Counted from the stretch's first letter, positions 1 to 9,346 are shown. The stretch is 64,000 nucleotides of DNA from Syntrophobacteraceae bacterium (GCA_049520035.1 JBEKQE010000017.1:3289-67288), one strand, 5' to 3'. Made by a program: numbers and translations. The notes: a model not told the origin generated them from the sequence alone.

Positions 1-76
1 GATGGAAGGTCCTCATCCCCCTGGCCCTTATAAATATCCTGGTTACGGGCGCGGTTGGAGCAGTTTTTAGTTTTTA
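1..76 (+). CDS. nuoH: NADH-quinone oxidoreductase subunit H, C-terminal fragment (5' end outside window)
   Basis: Frame 2 reads WKVLIPLALINILVTGAVGAVFSF then TAG at 74-76. The hydrophobic tail resembles NuoH and it lies directly upstream of nuoI-N. Confidence 0.55.
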
Positions 77-173
77 GTTTTGAGTTTATAGTTTGAAAAA
101 CTCAAAACTCATAACCAACTCATGAGGTTGTTAGTGCAAGAACTCAAAACCAAGAACTCAAAACTAAAAACTC
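63..173. repeat. Heptamer-periodic dyad element in the nuoH-nuoI spacer
   Basis: The left arm is (GTTTTTA/GTTTTGA)n. The right arm (GAACTCA AAACTAA AAACTC) is its reverse complement, and there is an inner hairpin GTTTTGAGTT/AACTCAAAAC. Confidence 0.8.
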
Positions 174-706
174 CCGAGGCCTGGGAAGCTGCAAAAGCGT
201 TGTGTTCGGGTTTGGCGACAACATTTATTCATCTTTTCCGAAGACCGATAACCGAGCAGTATCCTGAATACAAGCGGCCCCTGCCCATCAGGGCGCGTGG
301 AAGAATAATCCTGACGCTGGACCCGGATGGCGGGGAGCGCTGTGTCTCCTGCTATCTGTGTTCGGCGGTATGCCCCGTAAACTGCATTTCGATGGAGGGC
401 GCTGAAAGGCCGGATGGACGGCGCTACGCGGCATGGTTTCGAATCAACTTCGCCCGCTGCATCCTCTGCGGGTTCTGCGAAGAGGCCTGCCCGACCTCCG
501 CAATTCAACTCACTACAGATTACGAATTCTCGAAAAAAGACATCCTCTCTTTTGTTTACGAAAAGGAGGACCTCCTGGTTGATCATCAGGGAAAGGACAA
601 GGACTACAACTTCTACAGGTACGCCGGTGTGGCCACCGATTATGGCGGCAAGGGCGAACACGTCGGCGAGAAAAAGCCGGTGGATATCAAAAGCAATATG
701 CCTTAG
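122..706 (+). CDS. nuoI: NADH-quinone oxidoreductase subunit I (2x[4Fe-4S] ferredoxin)
   Basis: Two CxxCxxCxxxCP motifs (CVSCYLCSAVCP, CILCGFCEEACP) plus the ITEQYPE motif. The start is uncertain because the first ~18 codons lie in a repeat element. Confidence 0.9.
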   Translation: MRLLVQELKTKNSKLKTPEAWEAAKALCSGLATTFIHLFRRPITEQYPEYKRPLPIRARGRIILTLDPDGGERCVSCYLCSAVCPVNCISMEGAERPDGRRYAAWFRINFARCILCGFCEEACPTSAIQLTTDYEFSKKDILSFVYEKEDLLVDHQGKDKDYNFYRYAGVATDYGGKGEHVGEKKPVDIKSNMP

Positions 707-808
707 CGGAAGACAGAAGACGGATGACGGATGACGGAAGACGGAAGGTGGAAGGCGGAAGGCGGAAATCCGATTTCTGTTCTCCGTCCTCCGTTCTCCG
801 TCCTCCGT
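707..808. repeat. Heptamer-periodic purine/pyrimidine dyad in the nuoI-nuoJ spacer
   Basis: (GAAGACGG/ATGACGG/AAGGCGG)n is followed by the palindrome GAAATC-C-GATTTC and then (TTCTCCG/TCCTCCG)n. Together they form a long imperfect hairpin. Confidence 0.8.
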
Positions 809-821
809 ATGCGAGTGCTTC

Positions 822-1397
822 ATGACGCTTTATGGATTTTTCTTTTATCTGATATCGGCGGTGGTTATCGGGGCTACTGCTATCGCGATCACTCGGAGAA
901 ACCTGGTGCATGCGGTGGTTTACCTGATAGTCTCTTATTTTGGGACCGCCATGCTTTTCTACCTTTTCGGGGCGCCTCTTCTGGCTGCCCTGGAGATTAT
1001 CATTTACGCGGGCGCGATAATGGTGCTGTTCCTGTTCGTGGTCATGATGATCAGGGTAGAGTCGTACGAAGAGGTCATGTTTCCCCTGAGCCAGTGGCTC
1101 CCGGCGGCCATTTTTGGACTGATCTATATGGTTGCTGCCGTAGCGATGATAATTGAAACACCGGGTACGGAAATCTCTCTGCGCATGTTGACCGCCACAC
1201 CAAGACAGTTCGCTCTGTATGTTTTCGAGCATCACTGGTTTTCAATAGAGGTCATCTCGCTTTTGCTTCTGCTCGCACTGGTCGGGGCGCTGCATCTCGG
1301 GACCCGCAAAGGCGCCGCCCAAGGTTTGAGCGCTCATGATGCAGACACTCGCCTTGAAGGCGGGCGCTCGGGCGGACCCGATCTCGACGCCCCGTGA
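822..1397 (+). CDS. nuoJ: NADH-quinone oxidoreductase subunit J
   Basis: Membrane protein with a NuoJ-like N-terminus (AVVYLIVSYFGTAMLFYLFGAPLLAALEIIIYAGAIMVLFLFVVMM) and matching operon position. Confidence 0.85.
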   Translation: MTLYGFFFYLISAVVIGATAIAITRRNLVHAVVYLIVSYFGTAMLFYLFGAPLLAALEIIIYAGAIMVLFLFVVMMIRVESYEEVMFPLSQWLPAAIFGLIYMVAAVAMIIETPGTEISLRMLTATPRQFALYVFEHHWFSIEVISLLLLLALVGALHLGTRKGAAQGLSAHDADTRLEGGRSGGPDLDAP

Positions 1398-1427
1398 GGC
1401 GGCCTCCGCCGCCGTTGAGGAAGAAAT

Positions 1428-1730
1428 ATGATCGTGCCCTTTGGTCATGTTCTACTGGTTGCCGGGATTTTATTCGCGCTGGGGGTATTTTGCGCTGTGG
1501 TCCGGCGGAACCTGATCATGATAGTGCTCGGAATCGAGATTATGCTGAACGCGGTGTCCATTGTTTTTGCCGGGGCTGCGTTGCGCTGGAACAACCTCGA
1601 GGGCCAGACATTCGTGCTCTTCATCCTGGCGGTAGCCGCAACCGAGGTCTCGGTCGGCCTGGCGATAATCGTTTACGCCTTCAGGCGGACAGGTTCATTC
1701 GATCCGAGCAAGTTTAACCTTCTGAGGTAG
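1428..1730 (+). CDS. nuoK: NADH-quinone oxidoreductase subunit K
   Basis: 100-aa protein with 3 TM segments (LGIEIMLNAVSIVF, ILAVAATEVSVGLAIIV), typical of NuoK, and matching operon position. Confidence 0.9.
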   Translation: MIVPFGHVLLVAGILFALGVFCAVVRRNLIMIVLGIEIMLNAVSIVFAGAALRWNNLEGQTFVLFILAVAATEVSVGLAIIVYAFRRTGSFDPSKFNLLR

Positions 1731-1810
1731 CAGGGAGCGAGAAGCGGGAAGCGAGGAGCAAAAACACAGATGTTTTTCCACTCAGTCCTCAGTCCTCAGT
1801 CCTCAGTCCT
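1731..1810. repeat. Purine tract plus (CTCAGTC)n heptamer tract in the nuoK-nuoL spacer
   Basis: GGGAGCGAGAAGCGGGAAGCGAGGAGC, then about 30 nt, then almost 3 copies of CTCAGTC running into the nuoL 5' end. Confidence 0.75.
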
Positions 1811-3731
1811 ATTGCTGATTCCGGCGACGATGCTGCCGCTTGTAGCCTTCCTGGTGATATTTGTCTTCACGCGGAGGCGCCCCCGGCTTTCCGCAGGGCT
1901 GTCGATCGGGTCGGTTGCGGTCTCCCTGGTATGTTCTTTTGTGCTGTTTGGGCTGAATCTTAAAATGACGGGGCCGATTCAGTATTCGGTGAGGCTGCTG
2001 GCTTCGAGCGGTTTGGATATTCCATTCGGCTTTTTACTCGATCCGCTAAACCTTCTGATGATAGTGGTCGTGTCTGCCGTCTGCTTTCTGGTGCAGGTCT
2101 ATTCGCTGGGGTACATGGCAGGCGATCCCGGCTTTTCACGCTATTACTCGTTCATGTCGCTTTTCGCCTGGGCCATGTTGAACCTGACCCTGTCGCTTAC
2201 CATACTCCAGCTTTATATCTTCTGGGAACTGGTCGGGCTTACGTCCTATCTGCTCATCGGCTTCTGGTACGAGAAGTTCAGCGCCACCCAGGCAGGCAAG
2301 AAGGCGTTCGTAATGACCCGCGCGGGAGATGCGGCCTTCTTTATCGGGTTCCTGCTTCTCTTTTTACATACGGGCAATCTAAGCATTACGGACCTGAACG
2401 GCCCTGCCGTATCGGCGGCCTTGCCGCCCCCGGTCCTTACCCTCTCGGCCCTCCTGATCTTTGGCGGAATAGTCGGCAAGAGTGCGCAGTTTCCGCTGCT
2501 TACCTGGCTGCCCGACGCAATGGAAGGCCCAACTCCAGTGAGCGCGCTGTTGCATTCCGCGACGATGGTTGCGGCCGGAGTGTATCTGTTCGCACGGCTT
2601 TTCCCCTTCTTGAGAATGTCGCCGGCGGCGATGGAGGTCTTTCTCGCAATCGGTACGATCAGCATGCTCCTGTCCTCAACTATGGCCATCGTCAGCCGGG
2701 ACATAAAGAAAGTGTGGGCCTATTCCACCATCAGCCAGCTTGGGTTTATGATAATGGCGCTCGGCGCGGGAGGCTATTTTGCCGGGGTCTTTCATCTCAC
2801 GGCGCACGCCGGATTCAAGTCGCTGCTCTTTCTTTGTTCCGGGGTCTTCATTCACCGGTACGGGACTAACGACGTCTATGAATTAGGCCGTCTTGGGTCC
2901 AGGCGGATGATAGTCCCAACCGTTACGATAATTCTGGCGGCGGCTGCGCTTTCCGGTTTTCCGCCTCTCTCCGGGTACTTCAGCAAGGAGGCTGTAGTGG
3001 CGTCTCTTGCCGAATTACCCAATCCCGCCTGGCTGCTGGCCGGTCTGGCAGGGGTTTTTCTTACGGCCTATTATTCGTTCCGGTTGATTTTTATCCTGGT
3101 GCTGCCGCGGGCTTTGGAACCGGGACCGCCGGCCGGACTTGACCCCACTCAAACCTCCGCCGGCGGGCCGAATTCCCCGATCCCGCATGCCGGCGTAGAA
3201 ACCGGGCATGAATCTCACTACTGGGTTATGGCATGGCCGCTGCTCATTTTGACGGCTATTACGGTCATTTTGGGCTTTTTTCGAAATCCGTTGAAAGATT
3301 TTCTCCAGGCCGGGCTCATGGCCGGCGGCGCGGCTGAAGGGGGACCTTTCGCCTGGTCTCATGTGGCGGCGTTGGGTCTTGCAGTTGCCGGAGCGGTCCT
3401 GGCGTGGGTGGAATTCGGCCGGAGCGGCGCAAAGCAAATCGGTTTTGTAGAGAGGATCCCGCCTCTGTTCAGGTTGTTCTCCGAGCGATGGTACATCGAT
3501 CATTTTTATGGGCTGCTCGTGAACCTGGTCATTGACAGGGGCATATCCTATCTCTGCTATCAGAATGACAACAAGGTAATTGACCGAGGTATCGATGAAC
3601 TCGCTGAAGGAACGGTCGATGGCGGCCGGATAGTCGCCTTTTTGCAGTCGGGAATGATTCAGTACAGACTGTTGGTAATATTCGCGGTCATGGTCCTGCT
3701 TGCGATTTACTTTTTCTTCCCGGTAATCTGA
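1770..3731 (+). CDS. nuoL: NADH-quinone oxidoreductase subunit L
   Basis: 653-aa polytopic antiporter-like subunit (WELVGLTSYLLIGFWY, GKSAQFPLLTWLPDAMEGPTPVSALLHSATMV). The first codons overlap a heptamer repeat, so the start is uncertain. Confidence 0.9.
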   Translation: MFFHSVLSPQSSVLLLIPATMLPLVAFLVIFVFTRRRPRLSAGLSIGSVAVSLVCSFVLFGLNLKMTGPIQYSVRLLASSGLDIPFGFLLDPLNLLMIVVVSAVCFLVQVYSLGYMAGDPGFSRYYSFMSLFAWAMLNLTLSLTILQLYIFWELVGLTSYLLIGFWYEKFSATQAGKKAFVMTRAGDAAFFIGFLLLFLHTGNLSITDLNGPAVSAALPPPVLTLSALLIFGGIVGKSAQFPLLTWLPDAMEGPTPVSALLHSATMVAAGVYLFARLFPFLRMSPAAMEVFLAIGTISMLLSSTMAIVSRDIKKVWAYSTISQLGFMIMALGAGGYFAGVFHLTAHAGFKSLLFLCSGVFIHRYGTNDVYELGRLGSRRMIVPTVTIILAAAALSGFPPLSGYFSKEAVVASLAELPNPAWLLAGLAGVFLTAYYSFRLIFILVLPRALEPGPPAGLDPTQTSAGGPNSPIPHAGVETGHESHYWVMAWPLLILTAITVILGFFRNPLKDFLQAGLMAGGAAEGGPFAWSHVAALGLAVAGAVLAWVEFGRSGAKQIGFVERIPPLFRLFSERWYIDHFYGLLVNLVIDRGISYLCYQNDNKVIDRGIDELAEGTVDGGRIVAFLQSGMIQYRLLVIFAVMVLLAIYFFFPVI

Positions 3732-3739
3732 GGAAAAAT

Positions 3740-5227
3740 TTGCCGATGCACATAGACCCCGCCAGATTCCCTTGCCTTTCCGCCATTCTGGTAAGCTGCG
3801 CCGTCGGTATGCTGACAATTATGCTGATCCCGCAGGAGCGAAAGCGCCTCATGAAGCAGGTGAGCGTCTTTTTCTCCGGGATTACGCTCCTTTTGACCCT
3901 GTACGTTTTTTTTGCCTATGACAAGGGCCTGGGCGGTCTCCAGTTCGTGGAAAACGTTCAGTGGATTCCCTCTCTTGGCATCAGCTATTTCAATGGAGTT
4001 GACGGATTCAGCGTCCCCAATCTGCTGCTCACGGGCATCGTCTTCTTCACGGGCGTGCTCACGATGTGGGAACTGGAGACGAGGGTAAAAGAGTACTTTG
4101 CCCTCTACTTCCTGCTGGTAACCGGGGTGTTCGGGCTTTTCATGAGCATGGACCTCTTCTTTATATTCGTCTGGTACGACGTCTCCCTTTTCCCCATGTA
4201 CCTGCTGATAGCGGTCTGGGGCACGACCCGAAAAGAATACGGGGCCATGAAGCTGACCCTGTATCTTCTGGCGGGGAGCGCCCTGATTCTGCCTGCCATC
4301 ATTTTTCTCTGGGCAAAGTCGGGCCTTGACACGTTTTCCTTCGTTTCGCTGATGCAGCCGGGACTATTCACTCCACAAGCGCAAAAATTCGCCTTTCTGC
4401 TGCTGTTTTTGGGATTCGGGATCCTGGCGGGCGTCTGGCCTTTGCATACCTGGTCGCCGGTCGGACATGTGGCTGCTCCAACTGGAGTAAGCATGGTGCA
4501 CGCCGGAGTCCTGATGAAAATCGGCGCTTTCGGGGTGCTTCGGGTGGCCATTATGCTCTGCCCCCTGGGGTGGGTTTACTGGGCGCAGCTCATGGCCGTG
4601 CTTGCCGCCACGGGAATAATCTACGGGGCGCTTGCCGGTTTGAGGCAAACCGATCTAAAGTACGTGATCGGATACTCCAGCGTGTCTCACATGGGGGTAG
4701 TGGGCCTGGGCCTGTCGACGGTCACAGTCGAAGGTTTGAACGGCGCGGTGTTCCAGATGTTTGCTCATGGCGTTATGACCGCCCTGCTTTTTTCTTCTGT
4801 CGGCTATATCTACGACCGGACCCATACGAAGCTTATCCCGGAACTTGGCGGCCTCAGCCGGATCATGCCGGTGGCCTCGGCGTTTTTCATAGTAGCCGCC
4901 TTCGCGGGTATGGGCGTTCCCGGACTGGCGAATTTCTGGGGTGAGCTTCTGGTCTTTGTGGCGGCTTTTAGAACTTATCCCGTGCTTGGCGTAATTGCCG
5001 TTTTGGCGCTGGTTGTGACCGCTCTTTTCATGCTGCGCGTCGTTCAGAAGACCTTTTACGGCCCTGAAAACGAGCGCTACGCTCGATTGCCGGATATGTC
5101 TCTGTCGCTGGGGATTCCCCGGATAATACTGGCTGCGGTCCTGCTGATCCTGGGACTTTACCCCTCTGTTCTTTTCGACGTCATCCGGACCGCATCGGTT
5201 CCTTTCATGAGTGGATTGCTAAGATGA
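3740..5227 (+). CDS. nuoM: NADH-quinone oxidoreductase subunit M
   Basis: Antiporter-like membrane subunit (HTWSPVGHVAAPTGVSMVHAGVLMKIGAFG) at the expected operon position. Its stop overlaps the nuoN start. Confidence 0.9.
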   Translation: MPMHIDPARFPCLSAILVSCAVGMLTIMLIPQERKRLMKQVSVFFSGITLLLTLYVFFAYDKGLGGLQFVENVQWIPSLGISYFNGVDGFSVPNLLLTGIVFFTGVLTMWELETRVKEYFALYFLLVTGVFGLFMSMDLFFIFVWYDVSLFPMYLLIAVWGTTRKEYGAMKLTLYLLAGSALILPAIIFLWAKSGLDTFSFVSLMQPGLFTPQAQKFAFLLLFLGFGILAGVWPLHTWSPVGHVAAPTGVSMVHAGVLMKIGAFGVLRVAIMLCPLGWVYWAQLMAVLAATGIIYGALAGLRQTDLKYVIGYSSVSHMGVVGLGLSTVTVEGLNGAVFQMFAHGVMTALLFSSVGYIYDRTHTKLIPELGGLSRIMPVASAFFIVAAFAGMGVPGLANFWGELLVFVAAFRTYPVLGVIAVLALVVTALFMLRVVQKTFYGPENERYARLPDMSLSLGIPRIILAAVLLILGLYPSVLFDVIRTASVPFMSGLLR

Positions 5228-6666
5228 ACTGGATGGTTGCCGGCCCTGAAATATTCTATTTTGCCGCAGGCTTGTTTTTCCTGCTGCTCTCTTTTACGGC
5301 CGAACAGAATCCGGATGCGGCGGCTCGCCGCCGCGTGCATCTGACGGCTCTTTTGATTGCCTCTGTGGGAATACTGGTTTGCCTGGTTTCGGTCGGCATG
5401 GAGGGCCGTCTTTTCATCAGGGCGTACAGGGTGGATATTTTTTCGCAGGTCTTCAAGACGCTGATCTCGCTGGGGCTTTTTCTCATTATCTGCATATGCG
5501 GCGGCATAACCGATATCAGCGAACGCCGCCATCACGAGTTCTATTTCCTGCTCTTTACCTGCACACTGGCGCTGATGCTGCTGGTAAGCGCCGATCATTT
5601 GCTCTCCATCTACATTTCGCTCGAGGTCTCCAGCTACTCGCTTTACATCCTGGTTGCGCTGAGGAAAAACCAGAGTCTCGGGCTGGAAGCCGGAATAAAA
5701 TATTTCCTCGTGGGGACCTTCGCCTCGGCAGTGATGCTTTTGGGAATGGCGCTTCTATATTCCACCTCCGGTACAACCTACCTTACCGATATGGCCGTGG
5801 TGCTGCCGGGGATAATCAACCGGCCGGGCGTAGTAATCGGTTTGCTGTTTACCCTTGGCGGGTTTTTCTTCAAACTGGCGATATTTCCTTTTCATTTCTG
5901 GGCGCCCGATACATACCAGGGGGCTTCGAACCAGGTCGCAGCCTACATCGCTACGGCCTCCAAAGTCGCCGCCATTGCCGTTATTCTGCGGGTGTTGGCC
6001 TTTGCGGGACAGGGCAGCGTTTACCTCGTTCACGCACTGGTGGTCCTGTCCGTTGTCTCGATGACCCTGGGGAACCTTGCGGCCATCGTGCAAAAAGACC
6101 TCAAGAGGCTGCTCGCGTTTTCGACGATAGCGCATTCCGGCTATGTGCTCCTCGGGATACTGGTTTTAAGTCCGGCGGGGTATTCAGGCGCCATATTCTA
6201 TGCGCTTGCTCTGTTGGTAATGGAATTCACCGCCTTTATGGTGATTGTGGAACTTGCTTCCGACGGCCGCAACCTGCAGATAAAAGAACTGGCGGGGCTT
6301 CACCGGCGCTCCCCGATCCTTGCCCTGGCCCTTATGGTGTCGCTTTTCAGCCTCGCCGGCATTCCCCCGACAATAGGGTTTGCGGGAAAATTCCTCGTTT
6401 TTGTGGCGGCCATTCAAAAAGGTTATATAGCGCTGGTTATCATCGCAATGATAAACGTGGTTGTATCGCTCTATTATTACCTGCTGGTGATCAAGGCCGC
6501 CTACCTGCTCGAACCAGCCGAACCGCTTCCGCCCATCGGCGTGTCTTTGCCCAAGAAGCTGCTTGCGGGGGTATCGGCGGCAGTGATTGTGTCAGGCGGT
6601 TTTTTCCCCTACTGGCTGGTGCAACTCGCCCAGACCGCCGCTCGGGCCCTGGTGTGGAAAGGATGA
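5224..6666 (+). CDS. nuoN: NADH-quinone oxidoreductase subunit N
   Basis: 480-aa antiporter-like subunit (FPFHFWAPDTYQGASNQVAAYIATASKVAA) and the last gene of the nuo block. Confidence 0.9.
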   Translation: MNWMVAGPEIFYFAAGLFFLLLSFTAEQNPDAAARRRVHLTALLIASVGILVCLVSVGMEGRLFIRAYRVDIFSQVFKTLISLGLFLIICICGGITDISERRHHEFYFLLFTCTLALMLLVSADHLLSIYISLEVSSYSLYILVALRKNQSLGLEAGIKYFLVGTFASAVMLLGMALLYSTSGTTYLTDMAVVLPGIINRPGVVIGLLFTLGGFFFKLAIFPFHFWAPDTYQGASNQVAAYIATASKVAAIAVILRVLAFAGQGSVYLVHALVVLSVVSMTLGNLAAIVQKDLKRLLAFSTIAHSGYVLLGILVLSPAGYSGAIFYALALLVMEFTAFMVIVELASDGRNLQIKELAGLHRRSPILALALMVSLFSLAGIPPTIGFAGKFLVFVAAIQKGYIALVIIAMINVVVSLYYYLLVIKAAYLLEPAEPLPPIGVSLPKKLLAGVSAAVIVSGGFFPYWLVQLAQTAARALVWKG

Positions 6667-6772
6667 ACGGAAAAAGACTCTCCACCCTAGGAACCGGCTG
6701 CCAGGTAAAGCTCACTAACGAGGAGCTTCTGCTCGAAGAGCCTGGCACCACGTTACTCTTATGTCTTCGCGT

Positions 6773-6797
6773 CTCTCCCTGACCTGTCTATGATCAG
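6773..6797 (+). repeat. 25-nt dispersed motif CTCTCCCTGACCTGTCYATGAYCAG, copy 1
   Basis: It matches 7524-7548 at 23/25 and the reverse complement of 40810-40834. Confidence 0.8.
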
Positions 6798-6954
6798 GCT
6801 TCGCGTGAGATCCTGCGTAGCCATTAACTCCACGCTCCGCGAGGCGTTTGTAGTTTTCACGCGAAGCCGCGAAACAGACAATAAGTCAAATAAGTATAAT
6901 TAAATCCATATTGCGTCGCGCGGACAGGCAGAAGGATGAATGCGTCAAGGCATC

Positions 6955-7131
6955 TCAATCGGAGAGCATTTTGATTATGTGTTTTGCGAGACGCTCGTTA
7001 ATTTCTCGATGGCGGGGTATGGGTTGGCAAATATGGGTTACCGGGTTTTGATACCAATCGTGTCTGCTGCCATGCCGAATCAGAGTACAACCCCGCTCTT
7101 CAAGGGTTCTAACGAGGTCTTTTCTATTCAT
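6955..7131 (-). CDS. hicA: HicA-family mRNA interferase toxin (58 aa, below the ORF-track cutoff)
   Basis: Manual translation gives MNRKDLVRTLEERGCTLIRHGSRHDWYQNPVTHICQPIPRHREINERLAKHIIKMLSD, with an HGSRHD core typical of HicA/YcfA. Its ATG overlaps the hicB TGA (TGATG). Confidence 0.8.
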   Translation of the reverse strand: MNRKDLVRTLEERGCTLIRHGSRHDWYQNPVTHICQPIPRHREINERLAKHIIKMLSD

Positions 7132-7337
7132 CAGACCGCCATGTCTTCATGAGTTCGCACGAGCGGAATCTGCTTGCTCTCCAGATCGCCGAGGATGTCT
7201 TTGAGGTTTTCTTTCAGCTCATCAAGGGATTGACCCTGGGTCATATAATCCGGGTACGCTTCGAGGTGGCCCACCCACATACCATCTATTTCTTGCCAGT
7301 AAACGATTTTGACCGTTTTCATTTCTTGTTCCCTCAC
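7131..7337 (-). CDS. hicB: HicB-like antitoxin (UPF0150 fold)
   Basis: KIVYWQEIDGMWVGHLEAYPDYMTQGQSLDELKENLKDIL matches the HicB N-domain pattern, and the gene is translationally coupled to hicA. The start may be the internal Met at 7322. Confidence 0.7.
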   Translation of the reverse strand: MREQEMKTVKIVYWQEIDGMWVGHLEAYPDYMTQGQSLDELKENLKDILGDLESKQIPLVRTHEDMAV

Positions 7338-7523
7338 TACTCATATCTATCCGCATTTTAATCGTCCGGTCAACGAATAAAAACAGAGAATACAAGAAAT
7401 CGTACCGGCGCGGAGCGGTCCGTAACCGGCTTCACCTTTGGGTTTATCGCTTTGGGGAACTCAAGAGGGGCAGAATAAAAGAAGGGCAAAGCCAAAAAGG
7501 GCCTGCCCCTCGGAATCTCGACG

Positions 7524-7548
7524 CTCTCCCTGACCTGTCCATGACCAG
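7524..7548 (+). repeat. 25-nt dispersed motif, copy 2
   Basis: CTCTCCCTGACCTGTCCATGACCAG, a direct repeat of 6773-6797. The two copies bracket hicBA. Confidence 0.8.
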
Positions 7549-8010
7549 AGGCGGCTCGGCTCGCTCCCCAGTGTTGCCCTATCCTCGGGGCGGGCAAAAT
7601 AACTCTAGCACAGAAAGATTCCCATCGGATATACTGATTACTGAGAAAAGATAAAAGAGTCTGCCGAGATGGAAAATCAGATAGATATGACGAATCCAAT
7701 AGCTGGAAACAGACTCCCCCTAAGACCCTATCATAACTAGAACACCTCGCTTTTATTACGTACAGTGTTGTAAATTGTCCCTATTCTGAAAACCGCCCCG
7801 CCCCACGCCTTACAGAGCGGGCCGACCTATCGCCGGTAACTGGACAAAAAGGCTTTTGTCGCCTGGCAGAAAACACCACCGAGACAGGGCGCGGCTTCGC
7901 GTGGTGTCCGGAGAGGCAAACATTGGACGAAATGATGGAAGACTGGGAAAAACTGGCCTTCGGAAAAAATATGTCTTTGAATGCATATTGAAAGGTGCTA
8001 AACTTCTTCA

Positions 8011-8370
8011 ATGAGCTGGGTTGTTCTCTTTCATGAGGCGTTTGACGCCGAATTTTCAGCATTCCGGCGTGACGTGCAAACGGCGTTGCTCGCTAAGGCG
8101 CGGCTACTCGAATCTTTCGGGCCCCAGCTTGGGCGGCCTCATGTGGACATGCTGAAGGATTCTAAGCACGCTAACATGAAAGAGTTACGCTTTGACGCCG
8201 CTGACGGTGTGTGGCGAGCGGCATTTGCCTTCGATACTCACAGACAGGCCATCATTCTTGTTGCCCGTGACAAATCCGGCGGAAGTGAAAAACGGTTCTA
8301 CCGCTCATTGATTGCAACGGCGGACAAGCGGTTTGACGAGCACCTGGCGCAGCAAGAGAAGGAGTCGTGA
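8011..8370 (+). CDS. RelE/ParE-superfamily toxin (HigB / Gp49-like)
   Basis: 119 aa. KELRFDAADGVWRAAFAFDTHRQAIILVARDKSG fits the Gp49/HigB-type toxin pattern, and an XRE antitoxin gene follows after a 1-nt gap. Confidence 0.7.
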   Translation: MSWVVLFHEAFDAEFSAFRRDVQTALLAKARLLESFGPQLGRPHVDMLKDSKHANMKELRFDAADGVWRAAFAFDTHRQAIILVARDKSGGSEKRFYRSLIATADKRFDEHLAQQEKES

Positions 8371-8371
8371 C

Positions 8372-8785
8372 ATGACGAGAACATTGAATGAGGTCATCAA
8401 AGGGCTTCCTCTCGATCAGCAACAGGAGATCGAAGCGCAAGCAAAACGCCTCATTGAAGAGGAAATGACGCTGCGCGATTTGCGCAAGGCGCACGAGCTT
8501 ACGCAAGAGCGTATGGCCGAGACGCTGCACATCTCACAAGACGGTGTTTCGAGGATAGAAAAGCGCAGTGATTTTTTGCTTTCAACTCTGCGTTCCTATG
8601 TCGAAGCAATGGGCGGCAAGCTACGCCTCATCGCTGAATTTCCCGATCGTAAACCCGTTACGCTTTCCGACTTCAATAGCCTCGACACACACGCTCGACG
8701 AGACAGAAAACCCGCCCCCTCGCGGACAAACGGCAAGCAGAGCGGACGGCCAAAGAAAAAAACAAACACTGCCGATGTCGCATAG
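8372..8785 (+). CDS. XRE-family HTH antitoxin / transcriptional regulator
   Basis: The internal Met of ORF 8312-8785 was chosen as start. The HTH is LRDLRKAHELTQERMAETLHISQDGVSRIEK, followed by a basic C-terminal tail. Confidence 0.75.
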   Translation: MTRTLNEVIKGLPLDQQQEIEAQAKRLIEEEMTLRDLRKAHELTQERMAETLHISQDGVSRIEKRSDFLLSTLRSYVEAMGGKLRLIAEFPDRKPVTLSDFNSLDTHARRDRKPAPSRTNGKQSGRPKKKTNTADVA

Positions 8786-8791
8786 AAGCCG

Positions 8792-9346
8792 TTAGAAGCG
8801 GAGTGCGCTTAAGGGCCTGTAAAGCGTTCGCCGCGAGACGCCGAGCGATTGAGCCACATTGTCAGGGCCTTCCCCCTGCTCTATCAGCTTGCGGGCGTGG
8901 GCGACCTGTTGCGCGGATAGCAGCCGCTTGCGGCCCATCCGCACCCCGCGAGCCACAGCCGCCGCCCTGCCCGCCCTTGTCCGCTCCTGTATCAACGACC
9001 GTTCAAGCTCCGCGAGAATGCCGACCATTTGCCACATGGCGCGGCCCGTGGGTGTTTCCGTGTCGATAGCTTCCGTCAGCGACTGGAAGGCCACGCCCTG
9101 CGCTTTCAGATCATCTAGCAGGGTTATAAGGTCACGCAATGACCGGCCCAGCCGGTCAAGTTTCCAGACCGTCAGCGCGTCGCCAGCCTTGAGGGCCTTC
9201 AGGCACTTTGCCAGCGCTGGCCGCTTGGCGTTCGTGCCGGTGGCTTTGTCGGTAAATATTTTGCCGCACCCTGCCTGCTTTAGAGCAGTCAGTTGCAAGT
9301 CGGGGTTTTGGTCATCATTTGAGACTCGCGCATACCCTATTTTCAT
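8792..9346 (-). CDS. Small serine recombinase (resolvase/invertase family)
   Basis: MKIGYARVSNDDQNPDLQ (catalytic Ser motif), LDRLGRS, and a C-terminal HTH_7 (LGVSRRTLYR). 184 aa counted from the Met at 9346. The 105-codon upstream extension in the ORF track covers a palindromic element and is likely not coding. Confidence 0.9.
   Translation of the reverse strand: MKIGYARVSNDDQNPDLQLTALKQAGCGKIFTDKATGTNAKRPALAKCLKALKAGDALTVWKLDRLGRSLRDLITLLDDLKAQGVAFQSLTEAIDTETPTGRAMWQMVGILAELERSLIQERTRAGRAAAVARGVRMGRKRLLSAQQVAHARKLIEQGEGPDNVAQSLGVSRRTLYRPLSALRF

Noticed and set aside
7370-7699. 109-aa minus-strand ORF between hicB and the RelE-like gene
   Set aside because: It spans dispersed repeat motifs and has no recognisable domain or start context. 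It is probably non-coding.
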